From positions 1,115,031 through 1,179,030 of the forward strand of contig BPIR01000002.1 in assembly GCA_026004215.1 (NCBI GenBank): a DNA stretch of 64,000 nt. The letters are read 5' to 3'. Shown here in pieces: positions 19,908 to 28,836 of the stretch. The notes under the pieces were generated by a model. It saw only the letters and a program-made list of their open reading frames with translations. It was not told where the DNA came from and ran no database searches. Origin of the DNA: Candidatus Binatia bacterium (lineage in GTDB: Bacteria > Desulfobacterota > Binatia > HRBIN30). Numbering within the stretch: position 1 is the stretch's first letter; each line of letters opens with the position of its first letter. A program made the translations under genes and the position numbers.

Positions 19908-21245
19908 TCAGGGGCCGAACACGCGCCGGCGCGGCCAAAAGGTTCGCTCGGCGTAGTCTCGTAGCTCGTCGCGAAACTGCGGGTGGGCAATCTCCATCAG
20001 GGCTCGAGCGCGCTCGCGTTGCGTGCGGCCCTGCAAGTTGACGATCCCGTGTTCGGTGATCACGTAGTCGACGAAGGTTCTCGGCACGGTCACCACACTT
20101 CCCGAGGGAAGCCTCGAAACGATCCGGGAAATGGTGCCGTTGCGTGCCGTAGAGGGGAGAACAAGTATGGACCGGCCGTTGGGCGCGTACAGAGCGCCCA
20201 TGGACCAGACGAGCTGTCCGCCCGGGCCCGTGTACATCGTGGCTCCAATGGACTCCGAGGCCGCCTGCCCAGTGAGATCGATCATGGAAGCTTGATTGAT
20301 CGCGACCAGGTTTTCGATCTGCGCGATGCGTGGCAGGGCATTGCACCATTCGATGTCGTACAGAGCAATCCGTGGGTTGAGATGGCAAAACGCAAAGTCG
20401 CTTCCCGGGACAATAAAGGACGCCGTGGCCACTCCGGGGTGGAACGTCTTGTATTTGCCCGTAGCCACCCCCAGCTTTACGAGTTCGACCGCAGAAGCGA
20501 CCAAGATTTCCGCATCGATACCGAGGTCGTTTTTGCCCGTGAGGTAGTCCCCGATGCAGGAAGACAGGGTTCCGGTGCCGATTTGGATCGTGTCGCCGTC
20601 GCGTACCAGTGTAGAGACGTACGCGCCGATGACAGCGGTCACTTCCGCTCGCTCGGGGCTGAGTTCCGGGGGTGGCGGCGGAGGCACTTGCGCGCGCGCC
20701 TCGACGATGAAATCGAAGCTTTCGAGGGGCACGGCGTTGTCACCGAAGGTTCGCAGCACATTCGGCGCCACTTCCGCGATTTTCAGGCGGGCGTTTTGCA
20801 GGAGCGGGCGCGAGTGCCAGAGCGTGTAACCGAAGCTCACCCGGCCATTGGCATCGGGTTCCGAGACAACGGCTAGGAACACGTCGGGATGCCAGATGTC
20901 GTTGCGGTCGAAATATTGCGAGCGCGAGCCCACGCTGTAGTCCGTAACGAGGAAATCTGCCCAGCGCTGTTCGATGGCGGGACGGATCAACTGGGAAACA
21001 AAGTCGGTGATGAATTCGATTTTGCCCTGCCACCTCTCCGGCGCATCGAGAAACGGCAGCGGCTGGCGCGACGCCCCCTGAAAGACGCGGATCCTTTCCG
21101 GAGCCGGGTGCCGTTCTGCCAGTGCGCGTAGAAGTGTCAGTGGGACGGGTCCCATGGGTAAGCGCACGGAGCTCCCGTTGGCGATGTGCGTAACGGCCTC
21201 CTCCGGCGAGCAAAGTTTGTGTCGGTATCTTTCCTGCCAGCGCAT
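19908..21245 (-). CDS. Acetyl-CoA hydrolase/transferase family protein (4-hydroxybutyrate/acetate CoA-transferase-like).
   Basis: The start is placed at the ATG at 21245 (MRWQERYRHK). The C-terminal MYTGPGGQLVWSMGA motif is conserved. Confidence 0.7.
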   Translation of the reverse strand: MRWQERYRHKLCSPEEAVTHIANGSSVRLPMGPVPLTLLRALAERHPAPERIRVFQGASRQPLPFLDAPERWQGKIEFITDFVSQLIRPAIEQRWADFLVTDYSVGSRSQYFDRNDIWHPDVFLAVVSEPDANGRVSFGYTLWHSRPLLQNARLKIAEVAPNVLRTFGDNAVPLESFDFIVEARAQVPPPPPPELSPERAEVTAVIGAYVSTLVRDGDTIQIGTGTLSSCIGDYLTGKNDLGIDAEILVASAVELVKLGVATGKYKTFHPGVATASFIVPGSDFAFCHLNPRIALYDIEWCNALPRIAQIENLVAINQASMIDLTGQAASESIGATMYTGPGGQLVWSMGALYAPNGRSILVLPSTARNGTISRIVSRLPSGSVVTVPRTFVDYVITEHGIVNLQGRTQRERARALMEIAHPQFRDELRDYAERTFWPRRRVFGP

Positions 21246-21386
21246 GGGTTCCCCAGCTCTCCAATTGGTGAAGTGTTTCTCGTGCTTGGGGCCAAGACAG
21301 GGAAAAGGCAAGCCTGGTCCCTCTGCCCGGCGGAGCTCGAAGATCAACTTGACTTCACCCACTTGCCTGGCGATAGCCCCCACGGC

Positions 21387-22319
21387 ATGGCTGACAGGCG
21401 GAGTGGCCCGTTGCGGAGCATTGCGATTTTAGCGGTATTTTCGACGGCTGTTCTCGCGGGTGGAGGTTGCAGCGGAGGCGGGGCCCCGGCCGTGCAGGTG
21501 CCGGCGGCGACCCCTTCGGTCGCCCCCACCTCCATTGCTACCCCAACACCTACGGTCGTTCCCCCGTCGTGGACGCCTACGTGGACCTCGACTCCCGAGT
21601 TTACGGCCAGTCCCACTGTGACGTTGACTCCAACTCCTCCCGCGATACCGACCCCGACTCTCACGTTTACGTTTACGCTCACGCTCACTCCCACGGCAAC
21701 CAACACTCCCGAACCGAGGCCGACCGCCACGCCCACGATCGCGATCGGCCCGATCGTCACTGCTCTGGGCATTGCCGATGTCGGTGGACAAGTGAATCAG
21801 CCTATTGGCGTGGACGAAAGTGGGCGCCCCATTTTTGCCCGGAGCGAAGAGGCGGGGTTCATCTTGTTCGTCGAAGGGCGGCCAGGACGGAGCCAGCTTC
21901 CCATCGGTACGGTGGTCTTCAATCCCAAGCGTAACGACCCGGCTGCGCAGCCAGACCTCCAAGTGCAAGTGAACCGAGCGCTGGGCGATGGCAGCGAAAG
22001 CGTTTGCGATGCCACATATCCCCGCGTGGGCGGCGTGCCGGGGACCATTCTTGGCCTGTTCGACACCGTGCAGTTTGTTGCCGATGCCCTCAACGACTTC
22101 GGTTGCCGATTCCGTGTTTTTCCCGAGCCAGACTTCGCTTGCACTCAAGACAGCGGGGCCAACTTGGTTTATCAAAACCCGAGTTCGACCGTGCAATTTT
22201 GCACCTTGATCAATGATGCGTTGACTTTTCCGCCCGGGGACACGATAGTGACGGCGCGTTTACGGGATATTGGGGGAAACGCGGGCGAACCCGCACAAAT
22301 TGTTGTGCGAGTGCCCTGA
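21387..22319 (+). CDS. Secreted lipoprotein of unknown function with a long Thr/Pro-rich linker.
   Basis: The signal and lipobox read LAGGGCSGGG. A PT-rich linker of about 100 aa follows, then a roughly 190-aa C-terminal domain with four Cys. Confidence 0.5.
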   Translation: MADRRSGPLRSIAILAVFSTAVLAGGGCSGGGAPAVQVPAATPSVAPTSIATPTPTVVPPSWTPTWTSTPEFTASPTVTLTPTPPAIPTPTLTFTFTLTLTPTATNTPEPRPTATPTIAIGPIVTALGIADVGGQVNQPIGVDESGRPIFARSEEAGFILFVEGRPGRSQLPIGTVVFNPKRNDPAAQPDLQVQVNRALGDGSESVCDATYPRVGGVPGTILGLFDTVQFVADALNDFGCRFRVFPEPDFACTQDSGANLVYQNPSSTVQFCTLINDALTFPPGDTIVTARLRDIGGNAGEPAQIVVRVP

Positions 22320-22356
22320 AGAGAGGCGTCGCGTTGCTGGTTCTGGGGGTGGGGCA

Positions 22357-22629
22357 ATGCCACAATACGAAGTGGAAGTGAAAATTTCCGAGGTGAACGA
22401 GCCAGACGCTCTGGCGGCCCGGCTTTACGTCGAGGAGCGCCTTCGTTCGAGCGGCTTGAAGAATTGGCGTGTGGTGACTGTTTCGCCGAAGGCCCGCGCC
22501 TCGGGAGGCCCCACGCCATTCGTCCAGACGTACCGGCCGCGCCGGAATCACGCGTACGTTGGCAGCGCGCTTCTCGTAGCGGCCGTGCTGGCGTGGGTAC
22601 TTTGGTTCCTTTGGGTGCTTACCGGGTAA
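22357..22629 (+). CDS. Small hypothetical protein with a C-terminal transmembrane helix.
   Basis: The 90-aa ORF has a soluble N-terminus and a hydrophobic tail, LLVAAVLAWVLWFLWVL. No family was recognised. Confidence 0.3.
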   Translation: MPQYEVEVKISEVNEPDALAARLYVEERLRSSGLKNWRVVTVSPKARASGGPTPFVQTYRPRRNHAYVGSALLVAAVLAWVLWFLWVLTG

Positions 22630-23004
22630 CTTTCTTCGCAGTCGAGACGTTGCGAGGCCTTGGGCCCGGGTGAACCGGCATCGAAACGCCGGCATTCGTA
22701 GCGCGCTGAGCTCGTCCCGCTGGGCGTGCAACCAATTGCGGCTAGCGGAGCGGTCGGATCAGCGGTGCTTGCGCTTGGTAGGAAAAAACGCTCGATCGAG
22801 CGGCGCAGCGTCGTGCCTCTTCCCGAGGTTTGAGTGGCGCTCCCGTGCGTGGAAGGCGGCCTTTGCAAGTTCGGCGAAAGCTCGGCAGTGGCCCCAGCCG
22901 ATGCGTGAAACAATAGACGCCTCACCCTGCTCCTAGGAAGAGGTCAGCCGCAGGCCGGGTGAGTTTGGATGAGATGGCGAATGGCGGGAGGTGAGTGGGG
23001 AAGT

Positions 23005-23032
23005 GTAGGGGCGCACGGCCGTGCGCCCCTAC
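23005..23032. repeat. REP-like perfect palindrome GTAGGGGCGCACGG|CCGTGCGCCCCTAC.
   Basis: This 28-nt perfect inverted repeat was read directly. It is preceded by GGTGAGTGGGGAAGT microsatellite-like sequence. Confidence 0.6.
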
Positions 23033-23097
23033 ATGCCTCGGTATTTGGCTGCTTCGCCGGAAACGGACCCTGACCCTATCCCTTCGTCGGGGATGTG

Positions 23098-23310
23098 TTA
23101 CCGGCAGATGAGCGTTGCAGGATCACAAACACCGCTCTGGCAGTCGATGCTGCGACTGCATGGGTCGCCGGGTTGCCCCAAAGCTGGCGTGGCCGTGGGT
23201 GTCGGCCGCGCCGGCGGCGTCGGGATGAATCCGCCCACCACGATATCGTCGCCGCCGCAACCGGCGGCCAGCGAGAGAAACGCGGCACACGCCAGGCTCG
23301 CGATCAATCC
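23098..23310 (-). CDS. Possible small Cys-rich lipoprotein. The start is uncertain (TTG).
   Basis: The sequence reads IASLACAAFLSLAAGCGGDD, then a PT-rich stretch, then DPCSRSIDCQSGVCDPATLIC. The lipobox and linker style match the neighbouring lipoproteins. Confidence 0.25.
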   Translation of the reverse strand, partial: GLIASLACAAFLSLAAGCGGDDIVVGGFIPTPPARPTPTATPALGQPGDPCSRSIDCQSGVCDPATLICR

Positions 23311-23417
23311 GCGCCAGACACCGAGGGACCCGGGTGCGCCCACCGGGAGCTGGCCACACAAAGGCACCGCGGGTGGGGAAACGATCCACCGACCGTTAGC
23401 GTGCGGGCGCGGTGCGC

Positions 23418-23801
23418 TCACGAGCCGCCGTTCTCGGAAAGCAGCGGCGAAGGCCGCCCCGACAAAAGAGCCCGGCGTTGGGCCTGATAGTGGGTGGCGC
23501 ACAGTCCCTTGGCGACGCGTTCCCGCTCGCAACCCTTGACCTGGCAGCGCCGCTCTTTTGGAATCGTCGGCTTGGGTGGCGGCCGCCAGCCTTGCAGCTC
23601 TTTTTCCGCTGTCACCAGCCCTTCATTGAGCAGGGCGATAACGATCTCGCTTTTGGTTGCGGGCAACAAGTTGGCCAGCCGATCGATCCGCTCGAGCATG
23701 CTCGAAGGGACCTTGACGTTCAGAAGCCGTAAAGCCTCTGCCCTACGGCGTCCTCGTTGTAACAACTCGCCGAGGCGCAAACCCGAATCTTTGAGCGACA
23801 T
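23418..23801 (-). CDS. Small DNA-binding protein: N-terminal ribbon-helix-helix (CopG/Arc-like) plus a C-terminal HNH-type zinc-ribbon motif.
   Basis: The RHH-like segment is SSMLERIDRLANLLPATKSEIVIALLNEGL. The C-terminal motif is CQVKGCERERVAKGLCATHYQAQRRALLSG. Confidence 0.5.
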   Translation of the reverse strand: MSLKDSGLRLGELLQRGRRRAEALRLLNVKVPSSMLERIDRLANLLPATKSEIVIALLNEGLVTAEKELQGWRPPPKPTIPKERRCQVKGCERERVAKGLCATHYQAQRRALLSGRPSPLLSENGGS

Positions 23802-23838
23802 GTCCCACTCCCGATCAGACTGAATTGTGGCACCAAAA

Positions 23839-23856
23839 CTTGTAACATGCTTTACA
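23839..23856. promoter_or_regulatory. Inverted repeat TTGTAA-N6-TTACAA about 40 bp upstream of the RHH gene start. This is a candidate operator.
   Basis: The inverted repeat was read directly from the sequence. Confidence 0.3.
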
Positions 23857-24151
23857 ACTTTGTCGACCCTTTTCTTTCACGTTCCACTCGCAGAGTCTAG
23901 ATGTATGGTGACGCACGTCGGTTAGAGGAGATCCTGCGGTGACGCAGTCAAAGGGAGGGGCGTTGCAGGAGCCGCATGTGTTGCCAGCCCCTTGTGCAGG
24001 CTCGTCACGAGGCCGACTCGTTCAGCTTTACGGGTTGCGGGCTAGGCGGCAGGGGCGCGATCGCAATGTTTGCTCCCCAACGCCGCGCACCGGTTGGAGA
24101 CCAACGGCACGGTGGTGCGAGTACGATCAGTTCGAGGGGCAACGCACCGGC

Positions 24152-25207
24152 TCACCCGGCTGCTTGCAGAGGCTGGGTGCTCTCGCCGTAGAGCTCACGC
24201 CAGAATAGCGCTTCGATCGTTTGGGCGACCTGCCCGTCGCGCGTCGAGCCGAAGGCATGGCGCCACGAACGCAGCGGCACAATCGCCTTGGCCATCGAGC
24301 GATGTCCGCCGGCACGGCCAATCGGTCCGAACAAACGGCGCACCAACTCACCGGCGCTGCGGACATATCCGGGATTGCGAACGGACATGACAATGGAGTC
24401 GTGCGTTTTTCCCGACACGACGACCCACTCCGTATTTTCGAATTGCATGCAGAAGTCGGCGAGCTGAGGGATCACGTCTTCGCGCTCGACTTTACCAACG
24501 TGCAGTGTCAGAAGTTCGTCACGCTTGCGAATGCGGGGGAGCACTCGGGAGAGAAACGCAGCGAAGGCCAGCGGCAATTCCGGCCGCTCGATGCGCCGCA
24601 ACACGTTGTAATTGGTCAAGGGGTACAGGGCCATAAACGCCCGCAAATCTGCTGGGCCCGTTTCGCGGTTCAGCATGAGCGTGTCGCTCTTGATGCCGTA
24701 CAGCAAAGCGGTCGCGAGCCGCTGGCTGACATCGGCACCGGCGGCTTCGAGGTACTCGGTCAAAATGGTCGCCGTGGCACCGTAGTTCGTGCGTACATCG
24801 CAGAACTCGGCGTCCAACGGACCACACCGGGGGTGGTGGTCGATCACAATATGCACGTGGGGAAGGCGTTCGCCAAAATAGCCCGGCTGCACATCCAGCA
24901 AGGCCACGCGCGGGAAGCCACGCAGCGTTTCCGTATCTACCGGCTCGACCGAGACATCCAGCAGCCGGATCATGGCCAAGTTTTCGGCGCGCGTGACCTG
25001 CCCAAACGTGAAAATGGGCGTCGTCGCGCGGTTGCGGCCCAAGACCGTGCGCAGCGCAATGGCGCTGGCGATGCCGTCTGGGTCGGGATCGTCCTGGAGT
25101 AGCAAAGCCACCCGTTCGGCTTCGCCGACCACCTTTCGGAGCTGTTCTAAACGGGCACGATTGCCCTCGATATCGACTTCATAAGTGGCTGGATTGACGA
25201 GTTGCAT
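24152..25207 (-). CDS. DHH-family phosphoesterase (NrnA-like bifunctional oligoribonuclease/pAp phosphatase).
   Basis: DHH (DPDGIASAIAL) and DHHA1 (GGGHRSMAKA) motifs are present. The ATG at 25207 follows a CAGGAG RBS. Confidence 0.7.
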   Translation of the reverse strand: MQLVNPATYEVDIEGNRARLEQLRKVVGEAERVALLLQDDPDPDGIASAIALRTVLGRNRATTPIFTFGQVTRAENLAMIRLLDVSVEPVDTETLRGFPRVALLDVQPGYFGERLPHVHIVIDHHPRCGPLDAEFCDVRTNYGATATILTEYLEAAGADVSQRLATALLYGIKSDTLMLNRETGPADLRAFMALYPLTNYNVLRRIERPELPLAFAAFLSRVLPRIRKRDELLTLHVGKVEREDVIPQLADFCMQFENTEWVVVSGKTHDSIVMSVRNPGYVRSAGELVRRLFGPIGRAGGHRSMAKAIVPLRSWRHAFGSTRDGQVAQTIEALFWRELYGESTQPLQAAG

Positions 25208-25378
25208 ACGACACTCCTGACCCGGAGCATTGCCTCCCGAGGCCACCCACCACGGCCTGGTCGCGCGTTCGGGCAACGGCTGACACGGGATGGTCGTCTG
25301 TGTCCATTCGCCTACCCATGGCGTCTCCGGCGGACCTTTGTGCCTACCATGGGTCCACAAGCAGGACAACCTTAGCCC

Positions 25379-26476
25379 CTATCGGTTGCATGGGGGATGG
25401 GAAAGCGAGAGGCCGTTCACGCTCGGGTCGAGACGAGAAAACCACTCTTCGTTGCGGACGAATTGTTGGAAAAAAGGCCGCATGACTCTGACCTGCGAAG
25501 CATAACGCCCGAGGGCCTCTTGCTTAGCGGCAACCTGCTCGTTTTCGAGCCTTACCGAGATCCACCCCGACCCGGCCAGCAGGGGGCGCCCCTGGCGTGC
25601 TCCGCAGGTGCCGCTGGCGGCGGCTTGGTCGCTCCACGACGGTTCGCCCGGATAGCCAGGAAAATGGACAAGATACCCGAGCACGATCGGGGGGGGAATG
25701 GCACCCTTCTCCCGAGCTGCGCGCACGGCTGCCAGCATGAAGAGGCCGGCGGTACAGTGATCCGGATGAGTGTCCCGAGGATCGGGAACGACCACAACTC
25801 CCGGCTGCCATTCGGTGAGGATGCGAAGCAGCCGGCGTTCGAGCTCCACGCCGCGGTACTGCAAAGCGGGCTGCGACAACGTCTGGCTCAGCTCCGTGAA
25901 GGGCGACACGTAAGGTTCGAGCGCGCACCAGTAAGGCCCCCAGAGTGCCGCGAGTCCACCGTCGGGGAAACCCAAAAACGTGAGCCAGCTCGCAGGCACG
26001 CCCAGCGCCAGTTGTGCTTCCGCGGCCTCGGCCTGGCGCTGGCGTCCGTACCGGCGAAAATCTTCCGCCGATGGCGTGCGCTCCTTGAGTTGGGCAGCGA
26101 CGGCCTCGAAGTATCCGTCTCCATTGGTCACGTACACAATGCGGATTGGAGCCCGCCGTGCCAGCGCGCGCTGGATGAGGCCGGCCGCGGCTAAAGTTTC
26201 ATCATCCGGGTGAGGTGCAACCACCAGAACTTTCGTGCTCTCGGAGAGCATGCTGTCCCACTGCACTGCCTTGGCGGAATCGAGCCCACTTCGGTCCGCG
26301 GTCGTGCGCGGAGCCGTCACCGCCGAAGGGGAAGCATCATAGGGAGCATAGGCGGCAGGGGTCGCTTGGCTCTGGCGGGGCGGCGGCTCCACGTTCCACG
26401 CCATGGCACGAAGCTCGGCGAGGAGCCACGACACGACACTCGCCGCGGCTACGCAACAGAAAAGCCGTACATTCAC
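25379..26476 (-). CDS. PIG-L/LmbE-family N-acetylglucosaminyl deacetylase with N-terminal signal/TM.
   Basis: The LmbE motif VLVVAPHPDDETLAAAGL...VYVTNGDG and HPDH are present. A long C-terminal extension follows. Confidence 0.7.
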   Translation of the reverse strand: MNVRLFCCVAAASVVSWLLAELRAMAWNVEPPPRQSQATPAAYAPYDASPSAVTAPRTTADRSGLDSAKAVQWDSMLSESTKVLVVAPHPDDETLAAAGLIQRALARRAPIRIVYVTNGDGYFEAVAAQLKERTPSAEDFRRYGRQRQAEAAEAQLALGVPASWLTFLGFPDGGLAALWGPYWCALEPYVSPFTELSQTLSQPALQYRGVELERRLLRILTEWQPGVVVVPDPRDTHPDHCTAGLFMLAAVRAAREKGAIPPPIVLGYLVHFPGYPGEPSWSDQAAASGTCGARQGRPLLAGSGWISVRLENEQVAAKQEALGRYASQVRVMRPFFQQFVRNEEWFSRLDPSVNGLSLSHPPCNR

Positions 26477-26497
26477 CGTTGCGGCCGAAGGAGAAGG

Positions 26498-26953
26498 CTA
26501 TCGGTTGTCGCCCGACTCTCCGGGCGGTTGCGAGACCTTTTCCGCGGTCTTTGCGAGTTGGCGCGATAAATCTCGGGTGTGAAGCTGGGCGTCGATACGA
26601 GCGAACAGTTCCCGGCGGTTGACGGGCTTGGTGAGAAACTCGCTCACACCAAGGTCCATGGCCTGCGAGCGCGTTTCCATGTCGTCCTTGGCGGTTAAAA
26701 GAATCACTGGAATTTGCCGCCAGTTTTCATCGGCACGCAGCCGCCGGCACACCTCCAGCCCGTCCATTCCGGGCATCATGACGTCGAGCAAGATCACATC
26801 CACGGTTTGGGACCGGAGCTTTTCCAGTGCTTCCGGACCCGTGTGCGCGGCGATACTAATGTGGCCTTCGCGGTTCAGCATCCTCGTGAGGATCTCCACC
26901 GCGTTCTCGTCATCGTCTACGACCAGAATTCGACCTTTCAGATGATCGGCCAT
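26498..26953 (-). CDS. Stand-alone response-regulator receiver domain (CheY-like).
   Basis: The sequence ILVVDDDENAVEIL...VILLDVMMPGMDG...LLTAKDD carries the acceptor Asp and the conserved Lys. An AAGGAAGGAAAG RBS precedes it. Confidence 0.8.
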   Translation of the reverse strand: MADHLKGRILVVDDDENAVEILTRMLNREGHISIAAHTGPEALEKLRSQTVDVILLDVMMPGMDGLEVCRRLRADENWRQIPVILLTAKDDMETRSQAMDLGVSEFLTKPVNRRELFARIDAQLHTRDLSRQLAKTAEKVSQPPGESGDNR

Positions 26954-26969
26954 GTTGTGCTTTCCTTCC

Positions 26970-27950
26970 TTACAAAACGCAGCCCTGGTCGGAGCTACTC
27001 GCTTTGCGGCGCAGCTTGGCAACTAACGTGGTACGCTTGAGTCCCAGCAACCGGGCGGCTGCTTGTTTGTTCCCTTTGGTCCGGCGCAGAGCCTCGTCAA
27101 TCAGCCGATACTCGAACTCTTCCACGGCTCGGTTCAGATCGATCCCTTCATCCGTCAGCGTCGGCCGGGGAATTTTTTTATCCGATATGAAGGTGCGAAT
27201 GTTGGGCGGAAGGTTCTCGACTCGAATGATGCCGTCCTCACTCAGAATCACGAGACGCTCGATTAAATTCTCCAGCTCGCGCACGTTTCCCGGCCAGTCG
27301 TACTCCCACAAGTGCACCATGGCTTCGTCCGACACGCGCACGGGCTGCCCGGGGCGCTGACTATTGTGCTTTTCCAAGAAATGCTGCACCAAAACCGGAA
27401 TATCCGAGCGGCGCTCGCGCAACGGCGGTATCGTGATCGGGATCACTTGCAGGCGGTAAAACAAATCCTCGCGAAAACGACCTGCTTTGACATCGGCCGA
27501 CAGGTCCCGATTGGTGGCCGCAATCACCCGCACATCCACCCGAATCGTACGGTCCGAACCCACCGGCCGAATTTCACGCTCCTGCAGCACCCGCAATAGC
27601 TTGACCTGCAAAGCCGGAGTCATCTCTCCGATTTCGTCGAGGAAAATGGTGCCGCCGTTGGCGTACTGAAACAGCCCCATGCGGGCTGCCACAGCACCTG
27701 TAAACGCCCCCTTTTCGTGGCCGAACATTTCGGACTCCAGCAGGTCCGCCGGGATGGCGCCACAGTTAACGGGGATGAACGGGTTGTTGGCCCGGCGGCT
27801 GCGTGCATGGATGTAACGGGCAACCAGTTCCTTGCCCGTGCCGCTCTCCCCTTGAATCAACACGGTCGAATCGGTGGGGGCCACCCGGTCGCAAATCTGG
27901 AAGATCTTTTCCATGACCGGGTGGTTTCCTTTGACGATGTACGGTTCCAT
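26970..27950 (-). CDS. Sigma-54-dependent transcriptional activator made of only the AAA+ sigma-54 interaction domain and a C-terminal Fis-type HTH.
   Basis: Motifs [23 protein letters not shown] (GAFTGA) and a C-terminal HTH ([19 protein letters not shown]) are present. The ATG at 27950 sits directly after GGGAGGACC. Confidence 0.8.
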   Translation of the reverse strand: MEPYIVKGNHPVMEKIFQICDRVAPTDSTVLIQGESGTGKELVARYIHARSRRANNPFIPVNCGAIPADLLESEMFGHEKGAFTGAVAARMGLFQYANGGTIFLDEIGEMTPALQVKLLRVLQEREIRPVGSDRTIRVDVRVIAATNRDLSADVKAGRFREDLFYRLQVIPITIPPLRERRSDIPVLVQHFLEKHNSQRPGQPVRVSDEAMVHLWEYDWPGNVRELENLIERLVILSEDGIIRVENLPPNIRTFISDKKIPRPTLTDEGIDLNRAVEEFEYRLIDEALRRTKGNKQAAARLLGLKRTTLVAKLRRKASSSDQGCVL

Positions 27951-28119
27951 GGTCCTCCCGCGCAAAAAGCGTCAAAAAAATAGCGGCATTGCGCTCCACG
28001 GGCAACCCAGCCAGCAAACATTTCATTGTGTGGTCTCCGGTGGGGTACGCGCAGCGGCTTGCGCGTCTCTCGCCCTCGTTGGTACAAGCAGGCGCCTTGT
28101 CCGAGGAGGAAAGCACTGC

Positions 28120-28836
28120 ATGCGTCGTGTGGATGGCCGCTTACCAACCGATCTCCGGCCCGTGGTGATGCACCCCGGGTTCATCCGCCAGGCTTTGGGC
28201 TCGGTGCTGGCCGAAGCTGGAAACACGCGTGTGATTTGCACGGCATCGCTGGAGGAAGCTGTGCCGCCGTTTTTAGAGGACACGGGGAAGGGCTGGCTTA
28301 CTGCGGAGTACAGCATGTTGCCTGGATCGAGTCCGCAGCGAATCCAGCGCGAAGCCGCGCGCGGGCGCTTGGGCGGGCGTACCCACGAAATTCAGAGGTT
28401 AATTGGGCGGAGTTTGCGGTCGGTGGTAGACCTCGCCAAACTCGGGCCACGGACGGTGTGGATAGACTGTGACGTCATCGAAGCCGACGGCGGCACGCGT
28501 ACCCTTTCGATCACGGGCGCCTATGTGGCCCTGGCGCTCGCCGTGCGCCGGCTTCTGGACAATGGAATCCTAGAACAAAACCCGATTACCGGGGCAGTTG
28601 CAGCGGTGAGCGCCGGGCTTGTAGACGGCACACCCGTGCTCGATCTTTGCTACGCGGAAGACTCGCGGGCCGAGGTAGACATGAATTTCGTCATGACCGA
28701 TTCGGGCCGCTTCGTCGAGGTGCAAGGCACGGCTGAGGGGCACCCGTTCGATCGCGCCACCCTGGAACAATTGACGGACTTGGCATGGTCGGGCATCCAG
28801 CGACTCTTGGCCATCCAGAAGCAAGTGCTGGGATGA
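28120..28836 (+). CDS. rph: Ribonuclease PH.
   Basis: The sequence [15 protein letters not shown]...[17 protein letters not shown] is a typical RNase PH N-terminus. The whole ORF is about 238 aa. GAGGAGGA RBS. Confidence 0.9.
   Translation: MRRVDGRLPTDLRPVVMHPGFIRQALGSVLAEAGNTRVICTASLEEAVPPFLEDTGKGWLTAEYSMLPGSSPQRIQREAARGRLGGRTHEIQRLIGRSLRSVVDLAKLGPRTVWIDCDVIEADGGTRTLSITGAYVALALAVRRLLDNGILEQNPITGAVAAVSAGLVDGTPVLDLCYAEDSRAEVDMNFVMTDSGRFVEVQGTAEGHPFDRATLEQLTDLAWSGIQRLLAIQKQVLG

Noticed and set aside
21540-21720. DNA-level repetitiveness in the PT-linker region of the 21387 lipoprotein, considered as a separate repeat element.
   Set aside because: The repetition reflects ACN/CCN codon reiteration for Thr/Pro and is coding low complexity, not a mobile or regulatory repeat.
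23828-23845. TGGCACCAAAACTTGTA on the + strand, considered as a sigma-54 promoter.
   Set aside because: The -12 element is TTGT, not TTGC. No + strand gene follows. The palindrome is better explained as the operator of the minus-strand RHH gene.
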